Below are positions 47,020 through 58,612 of a stretch of DNA of 64,000 bases, piece by piece. The DNA comes from an uncultured Candidatus Babeliaceae bacterium. GTDB taxonomy: Bacteria; Babelota; Babeliae; Babelales; Babelaceae. The stretch is from positions 416,001-480,000 of the forward strand of contig OY969927.1 of the NCBI GenBank assembly GCA_963704655.1. The letters are read 5' to 3'. Numbering within the stretch: the stretch's first letter is position 1; each line of letters starts with the position of its first letter. Under the pieces are notes generated by a model. That model saw only the letters and a list, made by a program, of their open reading frames with translations. It searched no databases and was not told the origin of the DNA. The position numbers and the translations under genes are program-made.

Positions 47020-49598
47020 TTATTCTTCTGATTCTTCGTGTGAATTTTCTACAGTATCCACTTCATGCGCTGTTTCTTGTTCAGATTCATGCCCAAGTTC
47101 GGATTCAACGTATGGCTCAATGGTTGGTACGCCGGCTTGACCGGTTTGTTCCATCACAACATCAATTGCAGCTAAACCAGCAAGTTTTTGGCCCTTATCA
47201 AGACGAATCAGACGGACACCTTTTGCTTGACGCCCCATAGTGCGCACTTCTTTTGATGAAAGGCGAATAATTTTACCCGCATTATCTATCAGCAATACAT
47301 CGCTAATATCTGAAACAACAGTAAGCCCAATAACCAGACCGTTACGTGGATCTGTCGGTATAGTACGTACACCTTGACCACCACGGTGTGCAACCCTGAA
47401 GTCGCCTACACGCACACGTTTACCGTAACCCATGGACGTTGCAAAAAGAATATCTTTATCATCTGAAACAACTTCCATGCCCACAACTTTGTCTTCGCCA
47501 ACCAAGCGTATACCAATAACACCGGCAGCTTGACGACCCATAGCACGAACTTCTTGTTCTTTAAAACGAATTCCTTGGCCATGTGCCGTTGCAAGAACGA
47601 TAGAATCGTTTCCTGAACTGACCGCGCAGAATGAAAGATGATCACCCTCATTAAGCGTAATTGCACGAATACCGGTACTTCTAATTTTTGTAAACTCAGA
47701 ACCTTCAGTACGTTTTATGATACCTTGTTGAGTTACCATGACGATATAATTTTCTTCTAGATCACGGGCACATAAAAGTTTAACGACATGCTCACCTTCT
47801 GTGAGAGGCAATAAATTAACAATTGCGCGGCCTTTTGCCATACGTGAAGCTTCAGGAACTTCAAAGACCTGCATGCTATAAATTCTACCCAAGTTGGTGA
47901 AAAATAATAACATCATCATGATTTTTTGCAGCAAAGATATCTTCAACAATATCATCTGAATCATCAAGATCGGCCATGCCCATTTTACCTTTACCACCAC
48001 GATGCTGCACATTATATAAGGTAACAGGAACACGCTTGATGTAACCTTTACGCGTTAAGGTAACGACAACATCTTCATCAGGAATTAAATCTGCTTCGCT
48101 TAAAACATCAACAGCGCCTTCAATGCGGGTGCGTCGTTTATCTGCATACGTGCCTTTAAGCTCATTAAGCTCTTTAATAATCTCTTGCTTAAGTGATTCA
48201 GCATTTTCAATAATTGCTTGTAAACGGGCGATTTCTTGTTTAATATCGGTCAATTTCTGCACGAATTTTATCTTGCTCAAGGCCGTTAAACGTTGCAAGC
48301 GCATTTCTAAAATCGCTTTGCCCTGCTCAAATGAAAGTGCAAAATTTTCATGTAATTTATCAAGTGCTTGGTCATAATTGTCAGATGCTTTAATTAACGC
48401 AATTACTTTATCGATATTATTGCAACGCAATAATAAAACCTGCTAAAATATGCTCACGCGCTTGTGCTTGTTTAAGATCATACAGTGAACGGCGATAAAT
48501 AATCTCTTCACGGTGATGCAAGAAACTCTCTAATTAATGCACGAAGAGAGAATATGCGTGGTTTGTTATCAAGTAGCCCAACATATAAATGGAAATTGAC
48601 GATTGCAAAGCCGTATATTTATATAACTGATTCAATATAACTTGTGGGACTTCACCACTGCGAATCTCAATAACCAAACGCATGCCGCGACGGTCAGACT
48701 CATCTTTAATATTGGTGATACCTTCAATAACTTTATTTTTTACTAAATCAGCAATTTTTATAACTAAATCTGCTTTATTAACTTGATACGGAAGTTCAGT
48801 AATTACTAAGCTTGAGCCCTTTTTGGTCTCTTCAATTTCAACAACACCACGTAATATTAAATTACCACGGCCAGTTGTATAAGCTTTTACAATTCCGGCT
48901 CTACCACAAATAATACCACCGGTTGGAAAATCTGGAGCAGGAATCTTTTTAAAAAGCTCGTCATCAGTAACATCTTGATTTTCTAAATATGCCAAGCATC
49001 CATCAACCACTTCACCAAGATTATGTGGCGGCACAGATGTTGCCATACCAACAGCAATACCCATTGTTCCGTTTACTAACAATGTTGGTAATTTGCTCGG
49101 TAAAATAGTTGGTTCAACGGTAGATTCATCAAAGTTTGGAACAAATGGAACGGTCTCTTTATCTAAATCTGCAAGAATTTCTTGGCTGATACGTTGCATC
49201 CGAACTTCGGTATAACGCATAGCCGCTGCAGCATCACCATCAACAGAGCCCCAGTTTCCTTGGCCGTCTAAAAATGGATACCGTTTTGAAAAGTCTTGAA
49301 CCATGCCGACCATGGTATTATACACAGCGCTGTCTCCGTGTGGGTGGTACTTACCAAGCACTTCACCGACAACACGCACCGATTTATGGTATGGTCTGTT
49401 ATAATGGAAACCAAGTTGATTCATGGTATATAAAACACGGCGATGAACCGGTTTAAGACCATCACGCACGTCAGGAATCGCACGGCTTACAATAACCGAC
49501 ATCGCATAATCGAGGAACGACTGCTGCAACTCATCTTCGATCAAGACCGGCTTAATACCCGATTTAAATACTTTTTCTTCTGACTGTCCTGATTCCAT
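47020..49598 (-). pseudogene. gyrA: DNA gyrase subunit A, split by about six single-base indels as assembled (probably sequence error)
   Basis: [49 protein letters not shown] GyrA box and C-terminal blades, spread over ORFs 48534-49598, 47885-48430 and 47020-48033. Confidence 0.9.
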
Positions 49599-49798
49599 AC
49601 TATGAACCTTCCGTTATACCAATTTCGCGGCATTTAGTTAATTTTTAGATTGTATCTAGTATATCTTAAAACAAGATAATACTAAAGAAATAGAACAAGG
49701 CCCAAGAGATCATGTATAGTTAAAAGCTCTGCTTTATAATTATAGAGTTGTGGTATAATAATTATTCAATTAATCAAACTTTAACAACATAAAATTTC

Positions 49799-50257
49799 AT
49801 GAAAAAAATTTTTTTTACACTTTTGGCCATTTCACTCTGCGCTACACAATTGTTACAAGCTTTTGAAGAGTCAGATGCGCAAGATCACACAATTAAACTA
49901 ACTGCAAATGGCAAAGTTTTTAACCCTCTTTATATTGCATGTATTATTAATAAAGATGGAAAACTTACCCCAGAAGATACGTGTCAGTACGATAGACAGC
50001 TCAATGAGAATTCATATTATTATTTCCATAAGCCCTTAGGTACAGAGTATCTTCTTATATCAACTTCAGAATTTACGTTGGAAGGTGACTTTAGCCTTGA
50101 AAAAATACGCTCAAATAAAAATCTTCTTATACATAAAATTATGAATAGCCAATTTACAGAATTCGAAGCAATAATCTCGATGCAAGAAGAAAATGGTCAA
50201 ATAAATCTTACACTCTATCCATTAACTATTCCTGCGCATAATCACCAAAACCGCTGA
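49799..50257 (+). CDS. Hypothetical secreted protein
   Basis: MKKIFFTLLAISLCATQLLQA signal peptide. Confidence 0.7.
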   Translation: MKKIFFTLLAISLCATQLLQAFEESDAQDHTIKLTANGKVFNPLYIACIINKDGKLTPEDTCQYDRQLNENSYYYFHKPLGTEYLLISTSEFTLEGDFSLEKIRSNKNLLIHKIMNSQFTEFEAIISMQEENGQINLTLYPLTIPAHNHQNR

Positions 50258-50845
50258 ACTGATAAGTGCGGCAAAAAAGCACCAGACCGATACAAAATAA
50301 ACCGTATAAAAAAGATATGCTATCAGGCACGAGCTGCCTATCAAGACACCCATGATTTTCATATATGGACGCGATGAAATGAAAAATGGCAAAATCGTTG
50401 CCGCGCAATATCCGCCTGCTAGAGCCACCCATAAAAACCCATAGGCAAACAATCCTCGCGCTGCGTCATATACTATATGGCAATCTTGTACATAAAAAGA
50501 CAGGTCAGAGCTTACTAAGCCAAATAGTAAACATACCGATACTCCCAAACCGATAATGGTTAAGGCATAGAGCCAACCCTTCCTGGCATTATCAGACTCG
50601 ACCATCAGGCATGAAAAAGGGATATAAAAGGGCCAAACTATAAATGCAAAAAAGAGAAAGGTCAGAGCGGCTATAGGCCACTTATAGACCCACACAAGCC
50701 CTTCAGCAAACTGCTGAATAGCAAAAAATACCGGTATAAGCGCCATGACAAACCATTTTCGGTCTTTTACCGACATTACACTCAATAACCCAATAACACC
50801 TAATACGCCACTGGCAATAAAACTTGCTGATGCTGAAAAACACAT
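50222..50845 (-). CDS. Conserved integral membrane protein (DUF6629-like)
   Basis: MCFSASASF...FAIQQFAEGLVW...SVWCFFAA. Confidence 0.75.
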   Translation of the reverse strand: MCFSASASFIASGVLGVIGLLSVMSVKDRKWFVMALIPVFFAIQQFAEGLVWVYKWPIAALTFLFFAFIVWPFYIPFSCLMVESDNARKGWLYALTIIGLGVSVCLLFGLVSSDLSFYVQDCHIVYDAARGLFAYGFLWVALAGGYCAATILPFFISSRPYMKIMGVLIGSSCLIAYLFYTVYFVSVWCFFAALISSAVLVIMRRNS

Positions 50846-50875
50846 TTTTAACCCCTTTTTTTAACCGCTTAATAC

Positions 50876-51007
50876 TTCGACTAGCTCAGTATGAGCGGTT
50901 TTTTTGTGATTTTTACGTCCAAGTCGCTCATCCTGATACTTCGACTACCTCAGTACCAGGGGCCCGCCTGCCCGCCGAAGCTTTACGCGAAGGCTGGGTC
51001 GAAGGGT
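50876..51007. repeat. Nested REP-like palindrome cluster
   Basis: CTTCGACTAGCTCAGTATGAGCGG, then CGCTCATCCTGA[inserted modules]TCGAAGGG. Confidence 0.75.
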
Positions 51008-51164
51008 TGGCGACTATCTAAGATCTTTGTTTTAAATGTAAAAACTATTCTACTTACACCTTAATATAGTAATACTAATTAACTCAATACTCTGCCGAAA
51101 TTGACAATTTGCCATTATTGCCTATAATTAAAGATAACTTAACGTTCGTAAATCTGGAAAATAT

Positions 51165-52070
51165 ATGAAATTAAAAAGCTTTTTTGGCATACTTTTTTGC
51201 GGTTCACTGCTCTTTTTTGGCTATTGTCTCTGGGTATTTGGTGCATTAACCACAATAGACCAGCAGTTTGAGATAAACACCCGTTTTAAAGATAATGACC
51301 TGCATAACTGGCTCGCGCCACAGCGTAAACAAAACTTACTTTCACGTTTTAGTGAAAACCGCGCCTCGGAGACAGAACCACACTATATTAAGCCTTCTGT
51401 TCTGCAAGAATGCATACTTTCAGACAAACCCTGCGTTGATATGCTAGCTTCAATAGCGCCGCAACGCATTTTCTGGAAAACTGCAGCAGATATCTATCTT
51501 GAAAAAGAGCAGATACAAAAAGAGCTTTTTAAAGCATTAAAATCGGGCAAAATCAAAGACCGCTTTGGAAAAAAGATTCAATGCAAAACGCTTGCTGTTA
51601 CTGCATTACAGGAAGAACAAATTTTGCTCACCGCTGCGCTTACAAAGTTGCCGTACCATTACAAATATTTTGGTGGATTATACAACGTGTGGAACTATTC
51701 ACCCGTTACCTTCTTTACCTTTTTACACTATTCTCGCTTTATATCCGGCCTTCCAGAATGGATCAAAAGCCCACTTAATAGCCTTGCTTCATGGTACATG
51801 ACGTCTAAATATCCAGAAATTAAGCACGAAACAAAAAAAATTATTAAAAAGAAAACCTTTTGGTTCTTTCACTGGGTGGTTGAATCACGCGTAGAAAAAA
51901 CGTTTGATAAGATTCAAAGTAAAGCGGAAAAACATTCGTATATTCACGACTATTCACCGTACTATCATAAGCTTCAATACGATTTCGATCTTGAAGCAAA
52001 AAATATTTATAGCGAACTCGTTCGCTTGATTGAGCGCAACAAAGCGTTACAAGAAATTTTACTCAGTTAA
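51165..52070 (+). CDS. Hypothetical membrane-anchored protein
   Basis: 301 aa with an N-terminal TM; TTGACA..TATAAT upstream. Confidence 0.72.
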   Translation: MKLKSFFGILFCGSLLFFGYCLWVFGALTTIDQQFEINTRFKDNDLHNWLAPQRKQNLLSRFSENRASETEPHYIKPSVLQECILSDKPCVDMLASIAPQRIFWKTAADIYLEKEQIQKELFKALKSGKIKDRFGKKIQCKTLAVTALQEEQILLTAALTKLPYHYKYFGGLYNVWNYSPVTFFTFLHYSRFISGLPEWIKSPLNSLASWYMTSKYPEIKHETKKIIKKKTFWFFHWVVESRVEKTFDKIQSKAEKHSYIHDYSPYYHKLQYDFDLEAKNIYSELVRLIERNKALQEILLS

Positions 52071-52106
52071 TTTAAAAATAATTAAGAATTATATTTAGGG
52101 ACAAAT

Positions 52107-53078
52107 ATGATTAAAAAGACAGTATTTATACTTATTACATTGTTATGTGTATCACAAGATACGCATGCAGCTGGCTTTTTTAATAAAGCCGCACGCGGAT
52201 TATACCATACCACTAAATGGGGCCTTATAACTGCACCTTTTGTAACTGCCGGAGTGGGTTTTGCAGGCTATAAATATATAGAGCATAAGAACCCTGAATT
52301 GCACTTAGCGTTACAATCAGATCTAGGCTTTGGATTTGCGCTTGATAAAAATACCTTACAAAACTTAATTGAATCATCTTCTGATGAAGAAGCGGCAAAG
52401 TTACGTAACATACATAACTACGTCAGAGAAAAGGCTTCAAAACAGTTGGGCGTCCCCCAAGAAAATATTATTGTAAAGGCTGACTCTAGCCGCCCTACGG
52501 GTTATCGCACGTTTAAAAAGAATAATAACACGTATCATATTATTAATTTAGACTTGAACAATAATGATGGCCTGAATTTACAAGAAAGTTTTTCTAGATA
52601 TCTTGAAAATAATGAATCTACGCCTGCACCATGGATAATAAGTCACGAAATCGGGCATGGATTATTCCAGCATGGTAAATATTCAAAATATCTTGGATTA
52701 GGTTCACTTATAACATCATATGTTGCAGGATGCTTGCTTTTAAAAAAGGGTAATGCACTTTCTATAAACAAAAACAGCTCAACTTTTTCAATTTTAGCCA
52801 AAACTGTCACAGCTACAACATTAGCACCAACCACAATTGCAGTTGCTTATCATGTAAAGACGAAGATAAGTAGAAAAAACGAATGGCAAGCAGACAACTA
52901 TGCTATTAATGATTTAAAAGATCCAGATATTTTTGAAGCCACCGCTGTTATGTTTGATAAGTACCATGAAACCATGCAAAATTCTGGAGCTATGGACCCT
53001 TTACACCCAGAGCCTAAAGATCGCGCACAAAATCTAAGAATTGCTGCAGCAAAACTGCGTAAAGAACAAGCGAAATAA
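52107..53078 (+). CDS. M48-like zinc peptidase domain protein
   Basis: ISHEIGH, SRKNEWQADNYA, LHPEPKDR. Confidence 0.75.
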   Translation: MIKKTVFILITLLCVSQDTHAAGFFNKAARGLYHTTKWGLITAPFVTAGVGFAGYKYIEHKNPELHLALQSDLGFGFALDKNTLQNLIESSSDEEAAKLRNIHNYVREKASKQLGVPQENIIVKADSSRPTGYRTFKKNNNTYHIINLDLNNNDGLNLQESFSRYLENNESTPAPWIISHEIGHGLFQHGKYSKYLGLGSLITSYVAGCLLLKKGNALSINKNSSTFSILAKTVTATTLAPTTIAVAYHVKTKISRKNEWQADNYAINDLKDPDIFEATAVMFDKYHETMQNSGAMDPLHPEPKDRAQNLRIAAAKLRKEQAK

Positions 53079-53101
53079 TTATAATACCCGCCCCTTTTGT
53101 T

Positions 53102-53146
53102 ACATTCTTCTTCGCCACAGGCTCGAAGAATATTCAGGGTGCACGG
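53102..53146. repeat. REP-like palindrome
   Basis: ACATTCTTCTTCGCCACAGGCTCGAAGAATATTCAGGGTGCACGG, the same family as 58554. Confidence 0.65.
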
Positions 53147-53203
53147 TATATAAAATTAAGTTAATTTAGAAATAATTAAAAATTATAACTGGGAGGTTAT
53201 ACC

Positions 53204-54118
53204 ATGAAAAAGCATTCAATACTTTTACTACTTACTTTAGTAACGCGCGTATGGGGTTACCAAATAACATCATCACATATCACCCCTATCGCAGATTTTG
53301 ATGCGCTTAAGCAACAGATTATCGCGCAACCAGAACAAATAGTTACCACAACGCATACTCTTTCACATCAAGCAAAAGCTATCAAAAACGCTTCTGCATT
53401 CCAAGATTGGATTAATGCAAACGAACCGAATTGCCCAATAGCATTGTTAAGTGAATGCACCGGCACAGGCTGTGGGTTATCGCGCCTTGATGCTCATCGC
53501 CACAAAAGAAATAAGTTCGATGAATACGCTGCAACACGTTTGGCAGAAACAAAAACTGCTACGGGTATCGTAAACTATGTAAGCTTTGCTGCAGGCGGCG
53601 GATTTACCGACTTACGGATTATAACACTTGCTCATGAATTAGGCTTAAAAAGCGTTACTATTCACTTAATAGATCTTACCTATGCATCATGCATTACTAA
53701 GCTCAAATCACTTCATACTCATGATATCATGGCTGTTGCCAAGACAAGCTCGGTCTATCGTGGACACAGCATGAAAGAGTTTATCACCTATGTTACGCAC
53801 CTTTTTGGCGCTGATAATGTCCAGGTGCATATCTATGGCTCGGGGCAAGAATATTTAGATACCATAAAGACATTGGGTGCATACTCGCCAGATCTTATTA
53901 TTGGTATTGATTTTGACCCGTCAACAAAGATCTATAAAGCGTGTATACATGACTTTGTTAAAATCATAGAAAATGGATCATCCCAGGCGCTGCATTTACA
54001 TGGTAATGGTATATTCCATATCGCACCAAAAGGTTTGCCCATCAAACTCGATTTTCCGCGCGATTTAATAAAAAATCGATATAGTAAGAACTTAATCAAC
54101 CACTGTATATTATTTTAA
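53204..54118 (+). CDS. Hypothetical secreted protein
   Basis: GGGAGG RBS; signal peptide; YVSFAAGG...IHLID suggests a Rossmann/methyltransferase-like fold (weak). Confidence 0.7.
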   Translation: MKKHSILLLLTLVTRVWGYQITSSHITPIADFDALKQQIIAQPEQIVTTTHTLSHQAKAIKNASAFQDWINANEPNCPIALLSECTGTGCGLSRLDAHRHKRNKFDEYAATRLAETKTATGIVNYVSFAAGGGFTDLRIITLAHELGLKSVTIHLIDLTYASCITKLKSLHTHDIMAVAKTSSVYRGHSMKEFITYVTHLFGADNVQVHIYGSGQEYLDTIKTLGAYSPDLIIGIDFDPSTKIYKACIHDFVKIIENGSSQALHLHGNGIFHIAPKGLPIKLDFPRDLIKNRYSKNLINHCILF

Positions 54119-54178
54119 AAAATTCCCCTATAATAATCACGTAAAAACAGATCCATTATGCATATTACTAGGGGATTC

Positions 54179-54727
54179 ATGAAAAATGTTACAATAAACT
54201 ATAAAAGTTATTTCTTTATAGTTCTTGTATCCAGCTTAATTCAAACATCGCGTATCGTAACTAAACCTATCGTTGCAACTGACTGCACAGCACGCTTTCG
54301 ACAAATCACGGGTTTTAATAACGCTGATTACACTATTGAATCAAGCTATTACCCAGATCATAAAATTACTGAAGTAGAGGTATTTCAAAATAACCCCAAA
54401 ATGCTGGTTGCAGAGGTAATAACAGAAGAAAAAACATTTGAAGATACGCCTTATGGATATATAAGCAATTTAAGAGTTTCCAATAAGCATAATACTATGG
54501 GTATAGACAAAGCCCTTATTAAATACTTGCTCGCTATCAATCGTAAAAAAAGACTAAAATGCACCCTAGTTGTTGCCGAACAGCCCCAACATGCGTTTTA
54601 CAAAAATATCGGGTTTGAACTTTATGGAACTGAAGACGGATTCAGCACTTTAAGATATATACATGCTCGATATGCATTTATTGAAAAAATTTACAATTCA
54701 CGGTTGCTTCAGTATGCTTTAAGATAA
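54179..54727 (+). CDS. GNAT-like acetyltransferase with signal-like leader
   Basis: ISNLRVSNKHNTMGIDKALI...FYKNIGFE. Confidence 0.62.
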   Translation: MKNVTINYKSYFFIVLVSSLIQTSRIVTKPIVATDCTARFRQITGFNNADYTIESSYYPDHKITEVEVFQNNPKMLVAEVITEEKTFEDTPYGYISNLRVSNKHNTMGIDKALIKYLLAINRKKRLKCTLVVAEQPQHAFYKNIGFELYGTEDGFSTLRYIHARYAFIEKIYNSRLLQYALR

Positions 54728-54778
54728 ACAAACTTTATAAAGCTTATTAGTGCATTAACGCAGCACGCATCAGGAATC

Positions 54779-56617
54779 ATGGACCTAAAAAAAATTAATC
54801 TTAAAGATTTTACACCCGATAGAATTAGAAACTTTTCTGTAATCGCACATATCGATCATGGCAAATCAACGCTGTGTGACAGGCTTCTAGAAATTACCGG
54901 CACCCTTTCAACCCGTAACAAGAATGAACAGTTTCTTGATAAACTGCAAGTTGAAAAAGAGCGCGGGATTACCGTTAAAGCACAATCTGCTTCAATGTTT
55001 TATGAGTATAAGGGCCAAACTTACCTTTTAAACTTAATCGATACCCCCGGCCACGTTGATTTCAACTACGAAGTTTCTCGTTCATTATACGCCTGCCAAG
55101 GGGCATTATTGCTCGTCGATGCTAGCCAAGGCGTGCAAGCACAAACTATGGCAAACTTTTATTTAGCCTTTGACCAAGATTTAACGATTATCCCGGTTAT
55201 TAATAAAATCGATATGGCCCACGCCGAACCAGAACGCGTAGAAGAAGAGCTTAAAACGCTTTTTGATTTTGATAAATCACAAGTATTACGCGCATCAGCT
55301 AAAGCCGGTATTGGGGTTCATGAAATCTTAGCCGCTATTATTGAGCGCATCCCCGCACCCGTAAGCAAGACAGAAGAGCCCCTTAAAGCGCTTCTTTTTG
55401 ATTCATGGTATGACGAATACAAAGGGGTAATCTGTTTAATAGCTGTTAAAAATGGCGCCATTAAAAAAGGCGACCAAATTACTCTTGCTTCTACTGATAA
55501 ACAATACGAAGTTTTAGAAATCGGGCTCATGTACCCGGACCAAATGCCCACTGATGCATTATATGCAGGGCAAGTTGGTTATGTTATTACGGGCATGAAG
55601 ACCGTACGTGAAGCGCGCGTTGGTGATACGATATTTAACGCCCGACTACAAAAGCAACTACACCAAATGCCCGAACCTGGCTTTAAGCCGTCAAAACCGA
55701 TGGTTTTTGCAGGTATTTACCCTGTTGAAGCATCAGATTTTGAATTATTACAAGATGCGATAGAAAAATTAACGCTTAACGACGCCAGTGTTAAAGTTGA
55801 AAAGAAAAGTTCGATTGCATTGGGCCTTGGTTTTCGGTGTGGATTTTTAGGATTGTTGCATATGGATGTCTTTAAGCAGCGTCTTGAGCAAGAATATAAT
55901 ATGAACGTTATTGCAACGGCACCAAGCGTACTTTTCAAAATTGTTATGAAGTACACCAATGAAACGGTTACCATTGAAAGCCCTTCAGATTTTCCTGATG
56001 TTCAACAAATTGATCATGTATTAGAACCGATTATCGATGCAACTATTTTAGTACCCAAAGAATATCTTGGCGCTATTTTAGCCTTGTGTGAAGAAAAACG
56101 CGGCATTCAAAAAGAACTTTCTTACTTAAATGAACAGCGTATTATTTTACGGTACCGGTTACCACTTAATGAAGTTGCCACTGATTTTTATGATCAATTA
56201 AAATCACTCAGCTCCGGTTATGCAAGTTTAGATTATGAAGAAGCTGGCTATCAACCGGCAGATTTAGTTAAAATGGATATCTTGCTTAATGGAAAAGCGG
56301 TTGACGCCCTTTCAAGCATTGTTCATGAAGAAAGTGCTCAACGTGTTGGGCGTGAAATTGCAGAACAATTACGAAAAGCGATCCCGCGCCAGATGTATGA
56401 GGTTGCTATTCAGGCTGCTATTGGTGCAAAAGTTATTGCACGTGAATCGATTTCTGCATTACGCAAAAACGTTATAGCAAAGTGTTACGGTGGTGATATA
56501 ACCCGAAAACGTAAACTGTTAGAAAAACAAAAAGAAGGTAAGAAAAAAATGAAGCAAGTGGGCAACGTAGAAGTTCCACAAGAAGCTTTCTTATCGATAT
56601 TAAAAAAAGAGAGTTAA
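54779..56617 (+). CDS. lepA: Elongation factor 4
   Basis: IRNFSVIAHIDHGKSTL, LIDTPGHVDF, GFRCGFLGLLH, KCYGGDITRKRKLLEKQKEGKK. Confidence 0.98.
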   Translation: MDLKKINLKDFTPDRIRNFSVIAHIDHGKSTLCDRLLEITGTLSTRNKNEQFLDKLQVEKERGITVKAQSASMFYEYKGQTYLLNLIDTPGHVDFNYEVSRSLYACQGALLLVDASQGVQAQTMANFYLAFDQDLTIIPVINKIDMAHAEPERVEEELKTLFDFDKSQVLRASAKAGIGVHEILAAIIERIPAPVSKTEEPLKALLFDSWYDEYKGVICLIAVKNGAIKKGDQITLASTDKQYEVLEIGLMYPDQMPTDALYAGQVGYVITGMKTVREARVGDTIFNARLQKQLHQMPEPGFKPSKPMVFAGIYPVEASDFELLQDAIEKLTLNDASVKVEKKSSIALGLGFRCGFLGLLHMDVFKQRLEQEYNMNVIATAPSVLFKIVMKYTNETVTIESPSDFPDVQQIDHVLEPIIDATILVPKEYLGAILALCEEKRGIQKELSYLNEQRIILRYRLPLNEVATDFYDQLKSLSSGYASLDYEEAGYQPADLVKMDILLNGKAVDALSSIVHEESAQRVGREIAEQLRKAIPRQMYEVAIQAAIGAKVIARESISALRKNVIAKCYGGDITRKRKLLEKQKEGKKKMKQVGNVEVPQEAFLSILKKES

Positions 56618-56622
56618 TAGTT

Positions 56623-57678
56623 ATGGTCAACGAACAATTCAATGGTAATATCGTTATCTTTCAGGCATTTGATGTGGGTGACGATATCAACTTCTCAAAA
56701 GTTCTTAATGAAAAAATGCTCCCGGTTTTACCGTCCCAGTATTCAAAATACTTTAAGAACTATCATATCCCGTTAACGGTGGCGCCTTCGTTACTTGACC
56801 CAAAAATTACCTGCAATAACGCCAAGTTGCATAATTTTGGTGTTATTACGCTCAGATATCAGATCCCTTTTAGTTCGACCTTTGAAGATTTAAAATCAGA
56901 AATTACTGCTATCGATACGCGTTATGAAACACAAAGTTTAAATGACGCGTTCTTTATTTTTAATAAAATTAAGGGCGCCGTTAAACAATCAAACTTTTTC
57001 CACTTACGTAAGTCGTATACGGTAATCCAAGTTAACCCACAACAAAAATATGATGTGGTAAATTTTAAAGATACGTTTGGCAGTATTATCGCCTCAACAC
57101 TGCGCTTTGAAACAGAGACACTGTCTGAATACCAAAAAAATGAGATCTTAGCATCTGCTTTTGGCTATTACCGTGGTGATCTTATTATTGTCGATACAGA
57201 AGCGGCATGCGTATATGACGACGAATATGAAGACATTTTGGAGCTCTTTGAGTTTGCCAATATGCAGCAGCTTGAATTACAGTATTTTGACCGCGTATTG
57301 GATAAACAGCTCAATACCGTGTATGAACGTCAAGTTAAAGCCCCGCCATTTCGGTCATATCTGCCCTTTATCTCTGCTACAGAAGGCGACCCAATTGGCG
57401 ACCTTGAAAAACTTAAAGTAGATATTTCAGTTATTACTGAAAGGCTTGAAAACAGTATCAAAGTTGCCGGCGAAGCTTATTATTCTGAACTGTACCAGCT
57501 TTTAACTGAAAAGCTTGATCTGCAAAATTGGAAAGAGTCTATTAACCGCAAGCTGTATATTATTCAGGATATTGCTACGGTGTACCAAAACAAAATTGAC
57601 GCCGTGCGTGGTGATATTTTATCAGTTGCGATTATTATCTTAATCGCCCTTGAACTGGTTATTTTGATTATTAAGTAA
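56623..57678 (+). CDS. Conserved hypothetical protein (RMD1/DUF155-like) with C-terminal TM
   Basis: AFDVG, EFANMQQLELQYFD..LD, hydrophobic tail IIILIALE. Confidence 0.7.
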   Translation: MVNEQFNGNIVIFQAFDVGDDINFSKVLNEKMLPVLPSQYSKYFKNYHIPLTVAPSLLDPKITCNNAKLHNFGVITLRYQIPFSSTFEDLKSEITAIDTRYETQSLNDAFFIFNKIKGAVKQSNFFHLRKSYTVIQVNPQQKYDVVNFKDTFGSIIASTLRFETETLSEYQKNEILASAFGYYRGDLIIVDTEAACVYDDEYEDILELFEFANMQQLELQYFDRVLDKQLNTVYERQVKAPPFRSYLPFISATEGDPIGDLEKLKVDISVITERLENSIKVAGEAYYSELYQLLTEKLDLQNWKESINRKLYIIQDIATVYQNKIDAVRGDILSVAIIILIALELVILIIK

Positions 57679-57700
57679 ATAATGCGCTTTGGCGCACCAC

Positions 57701-57734
57701 AAAAAAAGGGCCCTGAAGTTTCAGGGCCCCTTTT
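57701..57734. terminator. Bidirectional terminator
   Basis: AAAAAAAGGGCCCTGAA-GT-TTCAGGGCCCCTTTT between convergent genes. Confidence 0.85.
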
Positions 57735-57757
57735 ATCAATATCTATCTTCTTTACTA

Positions 57758-58297
57758 TTACTTCTTCTCGCACGTAAAAACTAAATGTCCCGGATAACCG
57801 CCTGAAAAGAATGGTTTAATTTTCTCATCGGTATAAAGTTTTGCATTCAGTGTCCCGCAAGCTTGACTTGCTAAAATATTAATCAAGCCTTCATTTTTTT
57901 TATCTATACCAGGCTTTAAAGGTTCTTGTGTAATAGCATAGAATTTATCAGCCACAGGCTGTATTACCCAGTTTATAGTTGAATCATTCGGATTGCTTGT
58001 CCAACGCGCAACTTTTAATTTTTGAAGCGGCTTTGCGGTAACCTTATTAGCAGAATCAATGCTTACCAATCCAGCACCAAATTGCGCACAGAGTGCACGC
58101 GCATCAGCTTCGGCCATATTTGGCTCCACCACATCAGACTTACTAAGCATCTTTACATGTGTATGATCGACTGTGATAGTAAACTGATCTCCTAACTGGG
58201 GCTGGAAATAATAATCTGCATTGTATACATCAGGCATACCACCAGCCTGCAAACCTACAGCTGCAAACGAACAGAGTAATAAAAATAACTTTTTCAC
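57758..58297 (-). CDS. Hypothetical secreted protein
   Basis: AGGAG RBS, GTG start, signal peptide ending LQA. Confidence 0.75.
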   Translation of the reverse strand: MKKLFLLLCSFAAVGLQAGGMPDVYNADYYFQPQLGDQFTITVDHTHVKMLSKSDVVEPNMAEADARALCAQFGAGLVSIDSANKVTAKPLQKLKVARWTSNPNDSTINWVIQPVADKFYAITQEPLKPGIDKKNEGLINILASQACGTLNAKLYTDEKIKPFFSGGYPGHLVFTCEKK

Positions 58298-58433
58298 AAC
58301 ATTCTCCTGAATTTATAAAATTAACACTATATATCTATAAATTCAGGTTAACAAAGAATATCGATAAAAATCAAGAGTTTTAATATAAGAGATAATTGAT
58401 TTTATATTAAAAACTTAAACAAAATTATTATAT

Positions 58434-58478
58434 TTACTCATAAACAGCGACTTTTGCCGGGCGGAGGATCACTGTCCC
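58434..58478 (-). pseudogene. Recoded duplicate of the grpE 3' end
   Basis: Encodes GTVILRPAKVAVYE* exactly as 58985-59029 does, with 5 third-position differences. Confidence 0.92.
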
Positions 58479-58484
58479 CTCAAT

Positions 58485-58612
58485 CCGTGCACCCTGAGTG
58501 TTCACCGCAGGTGAATGTATCGAAGGGTCGGCATTTAATTTTATATGACTTCCGCTATCCTTCGATACATTCTACTTCGCTAAAGCTTCGTAGAACACTC
58601 AGGATGCACGGG
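58485..58612. repeat. Inverted pair of REP-like palindromes downstream of the GIY-YIG gene
   Basis: CCGTGCACCCTGAGTGTT...AATGTATCGAAGGG and its inverse CCTTCGATACATT...AACACTCAGGATGCACGG. Confidence 0.88.

Noticed and set aside
47880-48600. Programmed frameshifting or a split gyrA
   Set aside because: Six indels of mixed sign without consistent slippery sites fit sequencing error better.
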